A DNA stretch of 64,000 nucleotides from an uncultured beta proteobacterium (GTDB lineage Bacteria > Pseudomonadota > Gammaproteobacteria > Burkholderiales > Casimicrobiaceae), in the NCBI GenBank assembly GCA_963711235.1, contig CAVQDI010000002.1, positions 206,395-270,394 on the forward strand, read 5' to 3'. The number at the start of each line of letters is the position of its first letter. The stretch's first letter is position 1. A model generated the notes under the pieces. It saw only the letters and a list, made by a program, of their open reading frames with translations, was not told the origin of the DNA and searched no databases. Shown one piece after another: positions 29,760 through 39,687 of this stretch. Both the position numbers and the translations under genes were made by a program.

Positions 29760-31093
29760 TTATCTCTCCAGGTATGAATCGCAAAATGACCGCGCGCTCG
29801 CGCACGTGCAGTAGACCCACGGCTCAAGGCTTCCGCTCCGCGCGGCCCAGTGCCAGGTGGTAAATCGCCCCCGAACCGAAATCCTGATACCGGGACTTGC
29901 AGACACTCTGTACGCAATGCTTTATTCTGGACTTATGACAAGGGGGCAACGTTGTCACAGATCAAACAACGTCGAGAGGGTTTTGGCTCGGTTGGGTCAG
30001 TTCGGCCAAGACCACGCGGTCGAGAATTCTCCTCAATATCTCACCCGAGGTGGAACCGGCGCGCCAACCCAATCAACGCTTGGCCGATCAACAAGATAGC
30101 GATTGTGGCGAGCAATGACGGCAACCGCTTCGCGGCTGGGAGCCGGTATTGGACTACCAGTAGCTGCCTAACCAACCGGACGCCTCGCCGACGGCGCGGG
30201 CTTGGTGTTCGCTCAACGCCGGTTAGGGGTTCGCTAGATGATCCAAGGCGCCTGGGGCCAGGCACCTTGGCTCGTTACCAGGGTCAGTCGAGCTTTGCTC
30301 CTGCCGATCGCACGATCGGCCGATTTGCATGAGTCCGCTTGATTCGACGGCTAGGCTGCGCTGCGGACACATTCCGAGTCCGCCGGCGATTACCTGCGAC
30401 GAGCGCTGGACCCGCTGTTCCAGAAGGAAGTCATCACGATGGAGGAGTACAACCTTCGCCGCGGGCTTTTCAAGCGCCACGTCAAGCGCTTCTACTACGC
30501 GTGCCGAAGGTTCGACGAAGGCCTGCGCGGGAGAATGGATGCACGCGAGGCTGCCACCGCCAACGCCGACGCGAGGAACAAGGGCCATAGCACTGCAGAA
30601 GTTAAGTCGAACGGCGCAGGGGCGACCACAGTACCCGATGGCACCGCTCCACAACCTGGCCGGCGGAAGGAGCGGCAACGGTCGGAGCTCAAGGTCACCG
30701 CTGTAGAGAGCCCCGAGCAAGTGGCTAGTGCCGTCGGTTAAAAAGTCCGCACCCGCGGCTCGATCGCGAATCTCCTGCATGCCGCATTGCCGTATTCTTA
30801 GCTGTGCGTTGGCTCCGTCGTGAGCCACTCGCTCGGGCAGGGCATGCACATCGCCCGCAACGAATCGATGCTGCTCTCCCGCGGTGACGACAGCGAGGGA
30901 TTGCCTGCAACGGCTGAGCGCCTGTTCCGTAAAGCAGGATGGCCAGGCGATCTCGGTGTCGGGCGGCGAAGTCACGGTGGGTTAGCGATGCAGGCAATGG
31001 TCACGGCCTTGCCTGTTCGAGGTTCTCATGGGCACCGGCCCTGCGCCTCGTCAATTCGATCATGTCGCGCCGGTGTGCCGAGTCGTGCACGCC

Positions 31094-31972
31094 TCAAGAA
31101 TGCTGCGGCTCTGTTTCGATGGGCTCGATGTGAATGGTGACGTGCGAGCGGGGCAGCTGCTCGATCAGCGCCACCTCGATGCGGTCGCAGAGTGCGTGGG
31201 CATCAGCGACACGTGTCGTGCCCGGGACCAGCAGGTGGAATTCCAAGAACCGCTGTGCACCCGCCTTGCGCGTGCGCAGCGCGTGGAAGCTCGTATATGG
31301 CGGAAGCGCTTCGCGAATGATCGCCTCGGCGTGTTGGACTTCAACCGGGGGCAACGCGGCGTCCATCAAGCCGTCAGCCGAGCGCTTGAGCAAGCCGAAA
31401 CCGGTGTGCACGATATACACTGCCACCGCGATCGCCAACAGCGGGTCCAGGATAGACCACGCCGGCGCGAACATCACGACCGTGAGCCCGCTGACGACGC
31501 CGACCGTGGTCCAGACGTCCGACAGCAGGTGCCTGGCATCGGCCTCTATCGTGATGCTGTCGTGGCTGCGTGCCACCCTGAGCATAACGCGAGCCGTCGC
31601 GTAGTTGATCCCGGCGGCGAGCAGCGCGATGGCGATTCCAGGGGCCAGCGCCGCAAGTGGCTGCGGATCGTGCATTCGGCGAAGCGCGGCGTAGACGATC
31701 GCAACGGCAGCAACCACGATCAGAGCACCCTCGACCCCGCTGGAGAAATACTCGGCCTTGTCGTGACCGTAACGATGTTTCTCGTCGGCGGGGTGCGATG
31801 CGATTGTGAGCGCGCCCAACGCCACCGCGCCGGCGGCGAGATTGACCAGCGCTTCCATCGCGTCGGACCATAGGCTCACCGACCCGGTCAGCAAGTAAGC
31901 GCCGAACTTAAGCCCGAGCGTCACAAGCGACGTGGCAATCGACAACATCGCCATGCGACGTACAGCGCGCAT
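31094..31972 (-). CDS. Cation diffusion facilitator (CDF) family metal efflux transporter
   Basis: Six TM helices. SVSLWSDAMEALVNL and HLLSDVWTTVGVV motifs. C-terminal cytoplasmic domain. Confidence 0.85.
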   Translation of the reverse strand: MRAVRRMAMLSIATSLVTLGLKFGAYLLTGSVSLWSDAMEALVNLAAGAVALGALTIASHPADEKHRYGHDKAEYFSSGVEGALIVVAAVAIVYAALRRMHDPQPLAALAPGIAIALLAAGINYATARVMLRVARSHDSITIEADARHLLSDVWTTVGVVSGLTVVMFAPAWSILDPLLAIAVAVYIVHTGFGLLKRSADGLMDAALPPVEVQHAEAIIREALPPYTSFHALRTRKAGAQRFLEFHLLVPGTTRVADAHALCDRIEVALIEQLPRSHVTIHIEPIETEPQHS

Positions 31973-31978
31973 ATTGCT

Positions 31979-32221
31979 TCAGCGCCGTGCGGCGCAGCAC
32001 TCAAACGAGTTCACTTCGCCCAGCATACGCCAGAGCCTTTGGATTGCATCGAGTAGTATTCGCGTTGCCGTGCAGTCATCCTCGTTGTATTTGAGCAATC
32101 GCCTGCGAAGACTGTTGAGTCGTTCGTCGCCTACCAAGGCGGTGGATTGAGCGTGATGCAGCAGGGCGCCCCGTGGTCGAAGGTCGATGACTTCGCCGGA
32201 CGATGCATGTTGGGTAGTCAT
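31979..32221 (-). pseudogene. Chimeric remnant ORF (cupin N-terminus fused to a RecB/RNaseH-like nuclease C-terminus)
   Basis: HASSGEVIDLRPRGALL...TALVGDERL resembles the start of small cupins. LLKYNEDDCTATRILLDAIQRLW resembles the YNEDDC-AT C-terminal motif of RecB-like nucleases. Confidence 0.3.
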
Positions 32222-32861
32222 AATGATTCCCGCGTGGGAACGGGCCTATCCGGGTTTGCCGTCGAGTCGTGGTCGCGTCAACACCGGCCAATAGCGAATC
32301 GCATACAGGGCAAACGCGCTCGACCAGCATATTGCCGAGGCGATGCTTTTCCAGACCCGTAACGCTCGCGTCGATCGCGATAATCTGCTCAAGATCCCCG
32401 CGCCGCGCAGGTGGGTCATAAGGTTCGCGACTAAAAGGCGTGGTCGCCCGAGATCTGGCGCCGGCTGACAGTCACCCGAGGTGCCGCACGAGGACGATTC
32501 TCCCGAATTCCGGGACGCGCGTACCGACGCGACCGCGTCAAGCAGCGACGAGCAAGCCTCCGAGCAGTGGTTGATCGTCAAGCGGCCCTTAGAGTTACGT
32601 CCGATTACGTCAACGAGGCTTACTTAGAGACCCACAAGCAGCAGCGCAGACGACGCCGCAGCTGCACAAGAATGGGGAAGCCAAGTCGCTCGAGCCCGAT
32701 CTGGCATCCCCAGCATAAATTAGAAGCGCCACTGAACCGCCACTCCCAGGCCCTGGCAGCTCTGAGGACCGGGCGCGAAGGCGCTCGCGCGTTGCCGCAG
32801 AATGGGATTCCGAATGCCGGGATTCGGTCGCAGCCTTGCTGCGAATCTTGGTACTGAATCG

Positions 32862-33185
32862 TCAGGCCTTCTTGACCCAGGCATTACACCAGCCGTTGGC
32901 GCTGACCAGCTTGCCTCCGAACGCGCTGCATGGACCATTGGCGGCGCCCGGTTGTCCCGAATACAAGGCGCAGTTTGAGCACGTCGCGGTCTTGTCCTTG
33001 CGGTTGGCTGCCTTGGTGGCGTCGATCTTGTAGCCCAGCGCCGTGGCCGTCGGATCCGATTCGCTTAGGGTGTCGACCGCCTCGGCTGCCCCGCTGAACA
33101 GCGCAGCCGCGAGTGGTGCGGCAGCGAGACCGGCGACACCGATCTTGATGAAGCGTCGGCGGTTTGACGACATGTGCGTGGTCAT
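32862..33185 (-). CDS. High-potential iron-sulfur protein (HiPIP), Tat-exported
   Basis: ATG at 33185 with GAGGAG upstream. Tat signal (NRRRFIK). Four Cys in the HiPIP pattern (CSNCALY...GPCSAFGGKLVSANGWCNAW). Confidence 0.85.
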   Translation of the reverse strand: MTTHMSSNRRRFIKIGVAGLAAAPLAAALFSGAAEAVDTLSESDPTATALGYKIDATKAANRKDKTATCSNCALYSGQPGAANGPCSAFGGKLVSANGWCNAWVKKA

Positions 33186-33527
33186 GGTGATCTCCTCGGG
33201 TTGGCGATGCGTGTGCCGGTCAGCAGCAGCATCTTGGCAATAGCTGGCGTGTTTGTCGAGCACCGGCCTGGGCATTGGGGCAGGATTCCACGAGGCCGAA
33301 CTTGACCCGCAGTATCGCTTGATGCGGAGGAGAGGCACCCAGACTATCGAGAACTGCCTGCTCAGCCTAAAGGGAGATGGGTGAACTGGAACGCCAAGCG
33401 TTGAGTCGCATGCTGTAAGCGATCTGCCGGCCTCGACATTGGGCGCAGCTCGTGCTGTTCAGCGCCGGCTTTTGGACTTACACTAGACATCCCCTAGTAA
33501 GGCGCGCCTTCGCTGCTTGCCTGCCTG

Positions 33528-34295
33528 ATGACGATCCCTGCCCGCGACCCACTGCCGGCTGCCGCGACGCCGCCGGCCGTGATTTCGATCCGCGACCTGA
33601 GGACATACTGCAGCAACTGCAGCATGCGGCAGTTATGTCTGCCCGTGGGGCTCGATCCGGACCTGTTGCAGGAACTCGACCGCCTGGTTAAGAACCGAGT
33701 GCGGCTCAAGAAGGGGGACGCGCTTTACCGCGCGGGAGATACTTTCTCGGCGCTCTACGCAATTCGCATGGGCTCGTGCAAAACGACGGTGCTGTCCGAG
33801 GACGGCCGCGAGCAGGTGGCGGGCTACCACATGCAGGGCGATGTGCTCGGCATGGACGGCATCGGCACAGAGCGCTATGGTTGTGAGGCAGTTGCGCTGG
33901 AAGACACCGAATGTTGCGTCTTGCCTTTTGGGGAACTCGAGAATCTCACGCACAGCGCCGCGCCTCTGCAACATAACCTGTACCAGTTTCTGTCGCGGGA
34001 GATCGCGCGTGGCCAAAACACAATGCTGCTGCTGGGCAACATGCGGGCCGAAGAACGGCTGGCTGCATTTCTGCTCAACCTGTCGCAGCGCTATCGGGAG
34101 CGTGGCTACTCGTCGACCGAATTCGTGCTGCGCATGTCCCGGCAGGAGATTGGCAGCTATATCGGCATGAAGCTCGAAACAGTGAGCCGGCTGTTTTCCC
34201 GCTTTCAGCAGGAGGGCCTGATCCAGGTCCAGGGCCGCTCCGTCAAACTGCTCGACATTACGACCCTCAAGCAACTCCTTGGCCAGCGCTGCTAG
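33528..34295 (+). CDS. fnr: FNR-type oxygen-sensing Crp/Fnr transcription regulator
   Basis: N-terminal Cys cluster CSNCSMRQLC plus a central Cys. cNMP-like fold. DNA-recognition helix LETVSRLFSRF carries the E--SR signature that reads TTGAT half-sites. Confidence 0.85.
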   Translation: MTIPARDPLPAAATPPAVISIRDLRTYCSNCSMRQLCLPVGLDPDLLQELDRLVKNRVRLKKGDALYRAGDTFSALYAIRMGSCKTTVLSEDGREQVAGYHMQGDVLGMDGIGTERYGCEAVALEDTECCVLPFGELENLTHSAAPLQHNLYQFLSREIARGQNTMLLLGNMRAEERLAAFLLNLSQRYRERGYSSTEFVLRMSRQEIGSYIGMKLETVSRLFSRFQQEGLIQVQGRSVKLLDITTLKQLLGQRC

Positions 34296-34547
34296 CCGCC
34301 TGCAGCCGTCGCGGAAGCGGCGAGGTTTACCATCAACTGTCTCATCCGCAGGCGCGGGCATCGTGGTCGTGCCGTTCTTCGGTGTCACGCCTCCTCAGCG
34401 GACTGCCGAGAGAATAGCCGTCAAGGTACGGATGCCCTGAGCACGGCACCCCAGTGACCAGTATAAACGCAAGCGGTCTTACCAGCTTGCGCGACAGGCC
34501 GATTCAACCCATGGGCGATTGCGGGGCCTGCCTTGAATGGACCCGGT

Positions 34548-34561
34548 TTGATCTAGATCAG
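34548..34561. promoter_or_regulatory. FNR-type box TTGATCTAGATCAG
   Basis: 9/10 match to TTGAT-N4-ATCAA, about 120 nt upstream of the Cyc2-like gene. Confidence 0.55.
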
Positions 34562-34680
34562 GAATGCCACAGTGAAACGCAATTACCGTACGCGGGTCAC
34601 ACGTCGGCTTTGCGCCGGCCCCAAGGGAGATGGCAACCCAACCGGGCTTGCGCGGCCAAGCCAAAAGAAGGAGTGCTGCG

Positions 34681-36129
34681 ATGGATTGCCGAGGTGCAAG
34701 AATAATAGCGAGATCGGCCGGCCTCACACTGCTGGCAGCGACGTTCGCGCTGCTGCTGTTTCTGGCGCTGCTCAGCCCGGCGCAGGCAGTTCCGGCCTTT
34801 GCGCGACAGACCGGGCAAGAGTGCGTTGCCTGTCACGTCAGCTTTCCCGAGCTCACGCCGTACGGTCGCTATTTCAAGCTGACCGGCTACACCATCGGCA
34901 AGACCTTTTTTTCGTCGGAAGGCTTCAACTATGTGCCGATAGCGGTCATGGCGCAGGCATCCATCACCAATATCCAGAACAATAACCAGACGGATCCCAC
35001 CACCGGCCAGACGACGACGCTGGTCCCGCGCAACAACGGCCTGGTGTTCTGCTGTACGAGTGTGTTCTTCGCCACCAAGTTCACCGACTGGTTCGGCATG
35101 ATGGGCCAGTGGACCTACAACAACCTGGCGACGTCGGCCGACGGCACGCTCGGTGGCCACTCCAGCATGGACAACACCGACCTTCGCGCCACCTACAAGT
35201 ACAGCAGTGTGGGTGCGGCGGAGCCGGACTGGATCTTCGGGGCGACGATCAACAACAACCCGACGGTGCAGGACGTCTGGAACAGCACCCCGGCATGGGG
35301 CTTCCCGTACACAGCTGCTCCGCTCGCGATTACTCCGTCGGCCAAGGCGCAGATCTACAACTCGCTGGCGCAACAGGTTGCCGGCCTGGGCGCCTACGCC
35401 TTCTGGCAGAAGACCATCTACGCTGAGGTTTCCTTCTATCGCACCGCCAACGGCGCGTTCTCCGTCTTAAGCGAGGGGCTGCCCGTGGGCATCGATGGCG
35501 GGGTGGCCGCGCTCAAAGGCTACAACCCCTACTGGCGTCTCGCCTACAACAAGGAATGGGGTCCGAACTCGCTGATGGTCGGCACCTATGGGATGTTCCT
35601 GGACCGTTATCCGGACAACCTGATGCAGTCGACCCCGACGGACCGCTACAAGGACGCTGCCGTCGATGCGCAATACCAGTACATCACCGATCCGCACACC
35701 TTTACGGCGCAGCTTAACTACGTCTACGAAAAGCAGAACTACAACGCGAGCTATCCATCTGTCGTAGCGACCGGCGCAGGCATCGGCGCCGGGCCCGCAC
35801 CGGCGAATCCTAGCGATACGCTGCGCCAGTTCCTGGGCAAGGCGACCTATTACTACAATCGGCAGTATGGCGGGACCATCGCATATTTCTCGACAACCGG
35901 CAGTTCGGACAGCGGGCTGTACGGAACCGACGCCAACGGCAATCCGAATACGCCGAACAGCAACGGCTTCATCTTCGAGCTCGATTACCTGCCGATTCAG
36001 AATATCCGGATCATGTTCCAGTACACCGCATACAACAAGTTCGACGGGGCGTCGACCAATTACGACGGCAACGGCCGCAACGCGCACGACAACAACACCG
36101 CGTTCTTCAACGTATGGGTGGCGTTTTGA
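34681..36129 (+). CDS. Fused monohaem cytochrome c - outer-membrane beta-barrel (Cyc2-like cytochrome-porin)
   Basis: ATG at 34681 after AAGGAG. Signal peptide ending AQA. A single CVACH about 12 residues after the cleavage site. About 430 residues of Tyr/Gly/Asn-rich alternating strands, ending in the OMP beta-signal FFNVWVAF. Confidence 0.6.
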   Translation: MDCRGARIIARSAGLTLLAATFALLLFLALLSPAQAVPAFARQTGQECVACHVSFPELTPYGRYFKLTGYTIGKTFFSSEGFNYVPIAVMAQASITNIQNNNQTDPTTGQTTTLVPRNNGLVFCCTSVFFATKFTDWFGMMGQWTYNNLATSADGTLGGHSSMDNTDLRATYKYSSVGAAEPDWIFGATINNNPTVQDVWNSTPAWGFPYTAAPLAITPSAKAQIYNSLAQQVAGLGAYAFWQKTIYAEVSFYRTANGAFSVLSEGLPVGIDGGVAALKGYNPYWRLAYNKEWGPNSLMVGTYGMFLDRYPDNLMQSTPTDRYKDAAVDAQYQYITDPHTFTAQLNYVYEKQNYNASYPSVVATGAGIGAGPAPANPSDTLRQFLGKATYYYNRQYGGTIAYFSTTGSSDSGLYGTDANGNPNTPNSNGFIFELDYLPIQNIRIMFQYTAYNKFDGASTNYDGNGRNAHDNNTAFFNVWVAF

Positions 36130-36202
36130 GCGGACATGAAGCAGCCGCTTCGACGCGGCGCGGCCGGCTCGTCACCGCCATGACCAATTGGGAGACTGGG
36201 CT

Positions 36203-36826
36203 ATGAAGCGCACCACACACGTGACACTCGCGGCAATGCTCCTGACGGGCACGTTTACCGCAGCAGATGCCCAGGACAACGCGGCGGTGGTTCAGAAGGC
36301 GGCGGAGGAGAAGGCCGTCAATCTCTGCTCGACCTGCCATGGGCCACGCGGGATCAGCACTTCTCCGGAATTCCCGATCCTCGCCGCCCAGCGCCAGGGC
36401 TATCTGGTGGCGCAGATCAACGCCTTCCGGCACAAGACCCGGAGCGAGAAAGACGCCCACGATTTCATGTGGGGGATCGCAGGCAATCTCGACGAGTCGA
36501 TCATTGAAGGCATCGCGGCGTATTACGCCGCCCAGCCGCCGGCCCCGGGCCACAGTGATGACCCGGCGCTCGTCGCCAAGGGCAAGGAGTTCTTCGACAA
36601 GGGTGTCCCGGAGCGCGGAATCCCGGCCTGCCAGGTCTGCCACGGCCCCGATGCGTTGGGCAAGGCGGACTTTCCGCGCCTCGCGGGCCAGCATGCCAAG
36701 TACATCGTCAAGCAGCTCAATTACATCCAGGCGCTGGTTCGGGCTGCGCCGGTGATGCACGGTATCGTCAAGGATCTCACTCCAGACGAAATCCAGGCTG
36801 TTGCGGCCTACGTGCAATCGAAATAG
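36203..36826 (+). CDS. Dihaem cytochrome c4-type protein
   Basis: ATG at 36203 after GGAGA. Signal peptide. Two CxxCH motifs (CSTCH, CQVCH), each followed by a Met-containing distal region (FMWG, VMHG). Confidence 0.8.
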   Translation: MKRTTHVTLAAMLLTGTFTAADAQDNAAVVQKAAEEKAVNLCSTCHGPRGISTSPEFPILAAQRQGYLVAQINAFRHKTRSEKDAHDFMWGIAGNLDESIIEGIAAYYAAQPPAPGHSDDPALVAKGKEFFDKGVPERGIPACQVCHGPDALGKADFPRLAGQHAKYIVKQLNYIQALVRAAPVMHGIVKDLTPDEIQAVAAYVQSK

Positions 36827-36829
36827 CTT

Positions 36830-37090
36830 GCTCTCTGCACTGGTGGACCGGCTGCAGCTTGGCTGGCCGTTTGTGTTGGACCGGCGAGCATCGTCGCTGG
36901 CCGCCGGATTGCGAAGCGTAGGGAGTCGAAGAATCGAGCTTCGGGCCAATATGGCTGGTCATCTCCTTCCGCGACATGCGTAGCACGAATTCAGTCGGCG
37001 CGTAGCCGCGCTCGTGATACCGCGACCAATGCCACCAATTCAATGCCGACATGGTAGCCAAACAGAAAGAGTTCATGAGACCAAAACAGC
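36830..37090 (-). pseudogene. Fragment of a second fnr-like gene
   Basis: RYHERGYAPTEFVLRMSRKEMTSHIGPKLD parallels RYRERGYSSTEFVLRMSRQEIGSYIGMKLE of the intact Fnr. Flanking residues are out of frame or unrelated. Confidence 0.5.
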
Positions 37091-37209
37091 AACAATTTCT
37101 CGCCAAGGCGGCGACTTGCATCGATTGTCACGAGGGCGCTGCCCATTCCGCGCTCGATGAATGACTGCTCGAGAAGCGATACGCGCTCGAGGGCGCATGA
37201 TAGACGATT

Positions 37210-37779
37210 CTAGCGCGTGACCGCCTTCGCCGTTCGCGCCTTGCGCGCGATCTGGCGACGGAGCGCGGCATACCTTTCCTCCCCGTTTTCGCCGAACAAG
37301 GGGTCGTCGACGTGCCGTATTGCGGCATCAATCGAAGCCCAGTCCCCGCTGCGCAAAAGCTTGGCTGCCAGAGGAAGCATCGCAGTTTCCTCCGTCTGCA
37401 TATGCTTGCGGAAATCCGCGACGTAGGCCCGGCCGGGCGTCTCGACATGCTCGCGCGACGTGATCGACCCGTTGACGATGTCGTCCAGAGCGCGGACCAA
37501 CGCGTTTCCGTCTTCCTTCAGACGTGCGTGCTGCTCGCTCAGTTCGTCGACGATTGGACGGGCGTTGACCGCGCGCTCCTTGATCCTTGCAAACGCCAGA
37601 TCCTCCTTGGGATGATGCGACACGTCGGGGTAATGCGTCATGTAGAACATGATGTCCAGCATCAATTCGTAGTCGGGCGACTCGCCCTTGTGAAAGAGGT
37701 CGAACTGACCGTCCAGAAGGTCGAGTAACGTCGCGAAATTGACGTGTTCCGTGTGCCAGAGGGCGATGGAGTCGGACAT
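37210..37779 (-). CDS. Hemerythrin-like (HHE cation-binding) domain protein
   Basis: WHTEHVNFATLLDLL..., HHPKEDLAF, and HMQTEETAMLPLA. Paralogous to 44108-44695. Confidence 0.75.
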   Translation of the reverse strand: MSDSIALWHTEHVNFATLLDLLDGQFDLFHKGESPDYELMLDIMFYMTHYPDVSHHPKEDLAFARIKERAVNARPIVDELSEQHARLKEDGNALVRALDDIVNGSITSREHVETPGRAYVADFRKHMQTEETAMLPLAAKLLRSGDWASIDAAIRHVDDPLFGENGEERYAALRRQIARKARTAKAVTR

Positions 37780-38341
37780 GGCTACCTCCCTATTGGAATG
37801 CTTCGGGACGCCGCATCATCTCGGGCAAATTCGCATCGTTCGGGTCACACGCGGCCTGCCCGGATGGACGATCGATACCGGGCAACTTCCGGTCGCCTCG
37901 ACTAGCTGCGCGTAGGTGCTGCTTGTGATATACGCGATAATATGCCTGCTTGTTTTCATTGTACGCGAACATCTGTTGTTGATGCCGGGGCAATCGTTGC
38001 AGCTCGTGTAGCGCAGGGCCCGTAGACGCTTCCATAGGAGGACTTTTTGGGCCCGACTCGGGACCCGCAGTCCGCGCGGTCGCCACGCTGGAACCGCCCG
38101 GCGAAACGACTCGGGCGCCCTGCGCGCTCGTCGCGCACCTTGCGCTCGCGCGCGAGCACGCGCTTGGCACGCGAGTGTGGATGCCTCCGACCGGGGCGCG
38201 GTTGAGCAGGGCTTGGTAGGGCTCGTCACCTTAACGCTCGATCCTTGTCTTGTCCATATCCGGTTCAGTACTTGACCATCTCGCTGCGTAGCTCGGCGCA
38301 GAACCCGAGCGACTGTACACCACCTTCGCGGCCGACGCCGG

Positions 38342-38830
38342 CAGTCTACCGTAGGGTTCCAGAAATACGCGCTTTTCCCGCGGTTGACGGTTGAGCAGGG
38401 TATCGCCTTGTGTCTAGAGATGAAGAAAGTGCCTAAGACGGCGCGGCACGAAATTGTCGCCCGCCACGTCGCGTTCGTGGGATTGCTGGGCTTCGAGCGA
38501 CGCTATCCGCATCAGCTCTCCGCCGCGACGAAACAGCGGGTGTCCATCGCCCGTGCGCTGACAGTTGATTGGCGGTACTGCTAATGGACGAGCCGTTCGC
38601 CGTGCGCGATGCGCAGAACCGCGCCCGCGTGCAGGGGGAGATGGGGCGGCTTGCTGGCCACCGGCGATCCTCAGCTGCGCAAAACAATGGTGCTTGTCAC
38701 GCACAGCATCGAGAAGGCGATGCTGCTGTCCAATCGGTCGTCGTCCCGACCCGACGGCCAAGTCGGGTCAAGGCCAACATCCAGATCGACCTGCCGCGAC
38801 TACGGCGGGAAACCGAAGCAAGCTACTAGC
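38342..38830 (+). pseudogene. ABC transporter ATP-binding protein (nitrate/sulfonate/taurine type), multiply frameshifted and lacking its N-terminus
   Basis: Family sequence alternates between two frames: FQKYALFPRLTVEQ...YPHQLSAATKQRVSIARAL, then LLMDEPFAVRDAQNR, then TMVLVTHSIEKAMLLSNR, then VVVPTRRPSRV...IDLPRLR. Confidence 0.65.
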
Positions 38831-38930
38831 CGCTCCGTTCACGCGGGCTGCCTCCGCTCGACGGTAACTGGCCATGAAAAAAAGCCGTTCTATTTGCCGC
38901 AAATCAATACGCCTCGCTAGCACTTGTTGT

Positions 38931-38944
38931 TTGATTGCAATCGA
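38931..38944. promoter_or_regulatory. FNR-type box TTGATTGCAATCGA
   Basis: 9/10 match to consensus. A weaker one (TTGCCGCAAATCAA) lies at 38894-38907. About 300 nt upstream of the CBS gene. Confidence 0.35.
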
Positions 38945-39246
38945 CGCAGGACGTCAATGCACCCTATTCTCGCAAGAATGTCTCCTTTTTCTATCGGAGC
39001 GGGTGTTGTGCGCGGCGATCTCGTGGCTCGACGGAATCGCCGCGATGGCCCAGGGCGGTGTTCACGACCCGTGTCAGAACCACTGGTCGATGCTCAGGCG
39101 CGCCCGTTGAGAGGGCCTAGCGCTTGTATTTATGGCCGTGCTGATCTCGAGTCTGAAATAGTGTGCCCGCCGTCACGATGGCGGCGTTGTTTCCGGGAAC
39201 CGGAAGGGTAGCCTCGAGCCATTCCACGGCATGGGAGGATGCGTGC

Positions 39247-39687
39247 ATGTTGAATGAACCTATTCGAAACATCATGGAGCGGAAGAAGGTTCTTACCGCT
39301 CCGTCGAATACCAGTGTCAGTACGGCGGCTAAACTGATGGCAAAGAACAAAGTCAGTGCGGTCATGGTCGTCGAAAACAAACGCCTGGTGGGCATTTTTA
39401 CCGAGCGGGATGCCGTATTTCGCGTCATCGCCAAAAACTGTGATGTTGAGACCACCCTGCTGGTCGATGTAATGACGACGGCGCCTAAGACTGTCACGCC
39501 AGACGAGTCATTTGGATATGCGTTGCTCCTGATGCAAGAGAATGGCTTCCGTCACGTACCGGTAGTTGAAAATGGCGAGCTCATCGGAATTGTCTCTGCG
39601 CGCAACGCCCTGGATCCCGAATTGGAGGAGTTTGAATCTGAAGCGCGACGGCGCAAATGCATCCGTCGGCAGTCCAAAGGTGTGTAG
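39247..39687 (+). CDS. CBS domain pair protein
   Basis: ATG at 39247 after GGGAGG. Two CBS repeats (IMERKKVLTAPSNTSV...AVMVVENKRLVGIFTERD; VMTTAPKTVTPDES...HVPVVENGELIGIVSARN). Confidence 0.8.
   Translation: MLNEPIRNIMERKKVLTAPSNTSVSTAAKLMAKNKVSAVMVVENKRLVGIFTERDAVFRVIAKNCDVETTLLVDVMTTAPKTVTPDESFGYALLLMQENGFRHVPVVENGELIGIVSARNALDPELEEFESEARRRKCIRRQSKGV

Noticed and set aside
30223-30975. 250-aa minus-strand ORF upstream of pobA.
   Set aside because: It has no domain signature and no RBS-linked start, and it overlaps several equally long ORFs in other frames. I treated it as non-coding or decayed sequence.
32720-32938. ORF ending in GLGVAVQWRF, reminiscent of an outer-membrane beta-barrel C-terminus.
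   Set aside because: Only the last ~10 residues are suggestive. The ORF overlaps the 3' end of the well-supported HiPIP gene in another frame.
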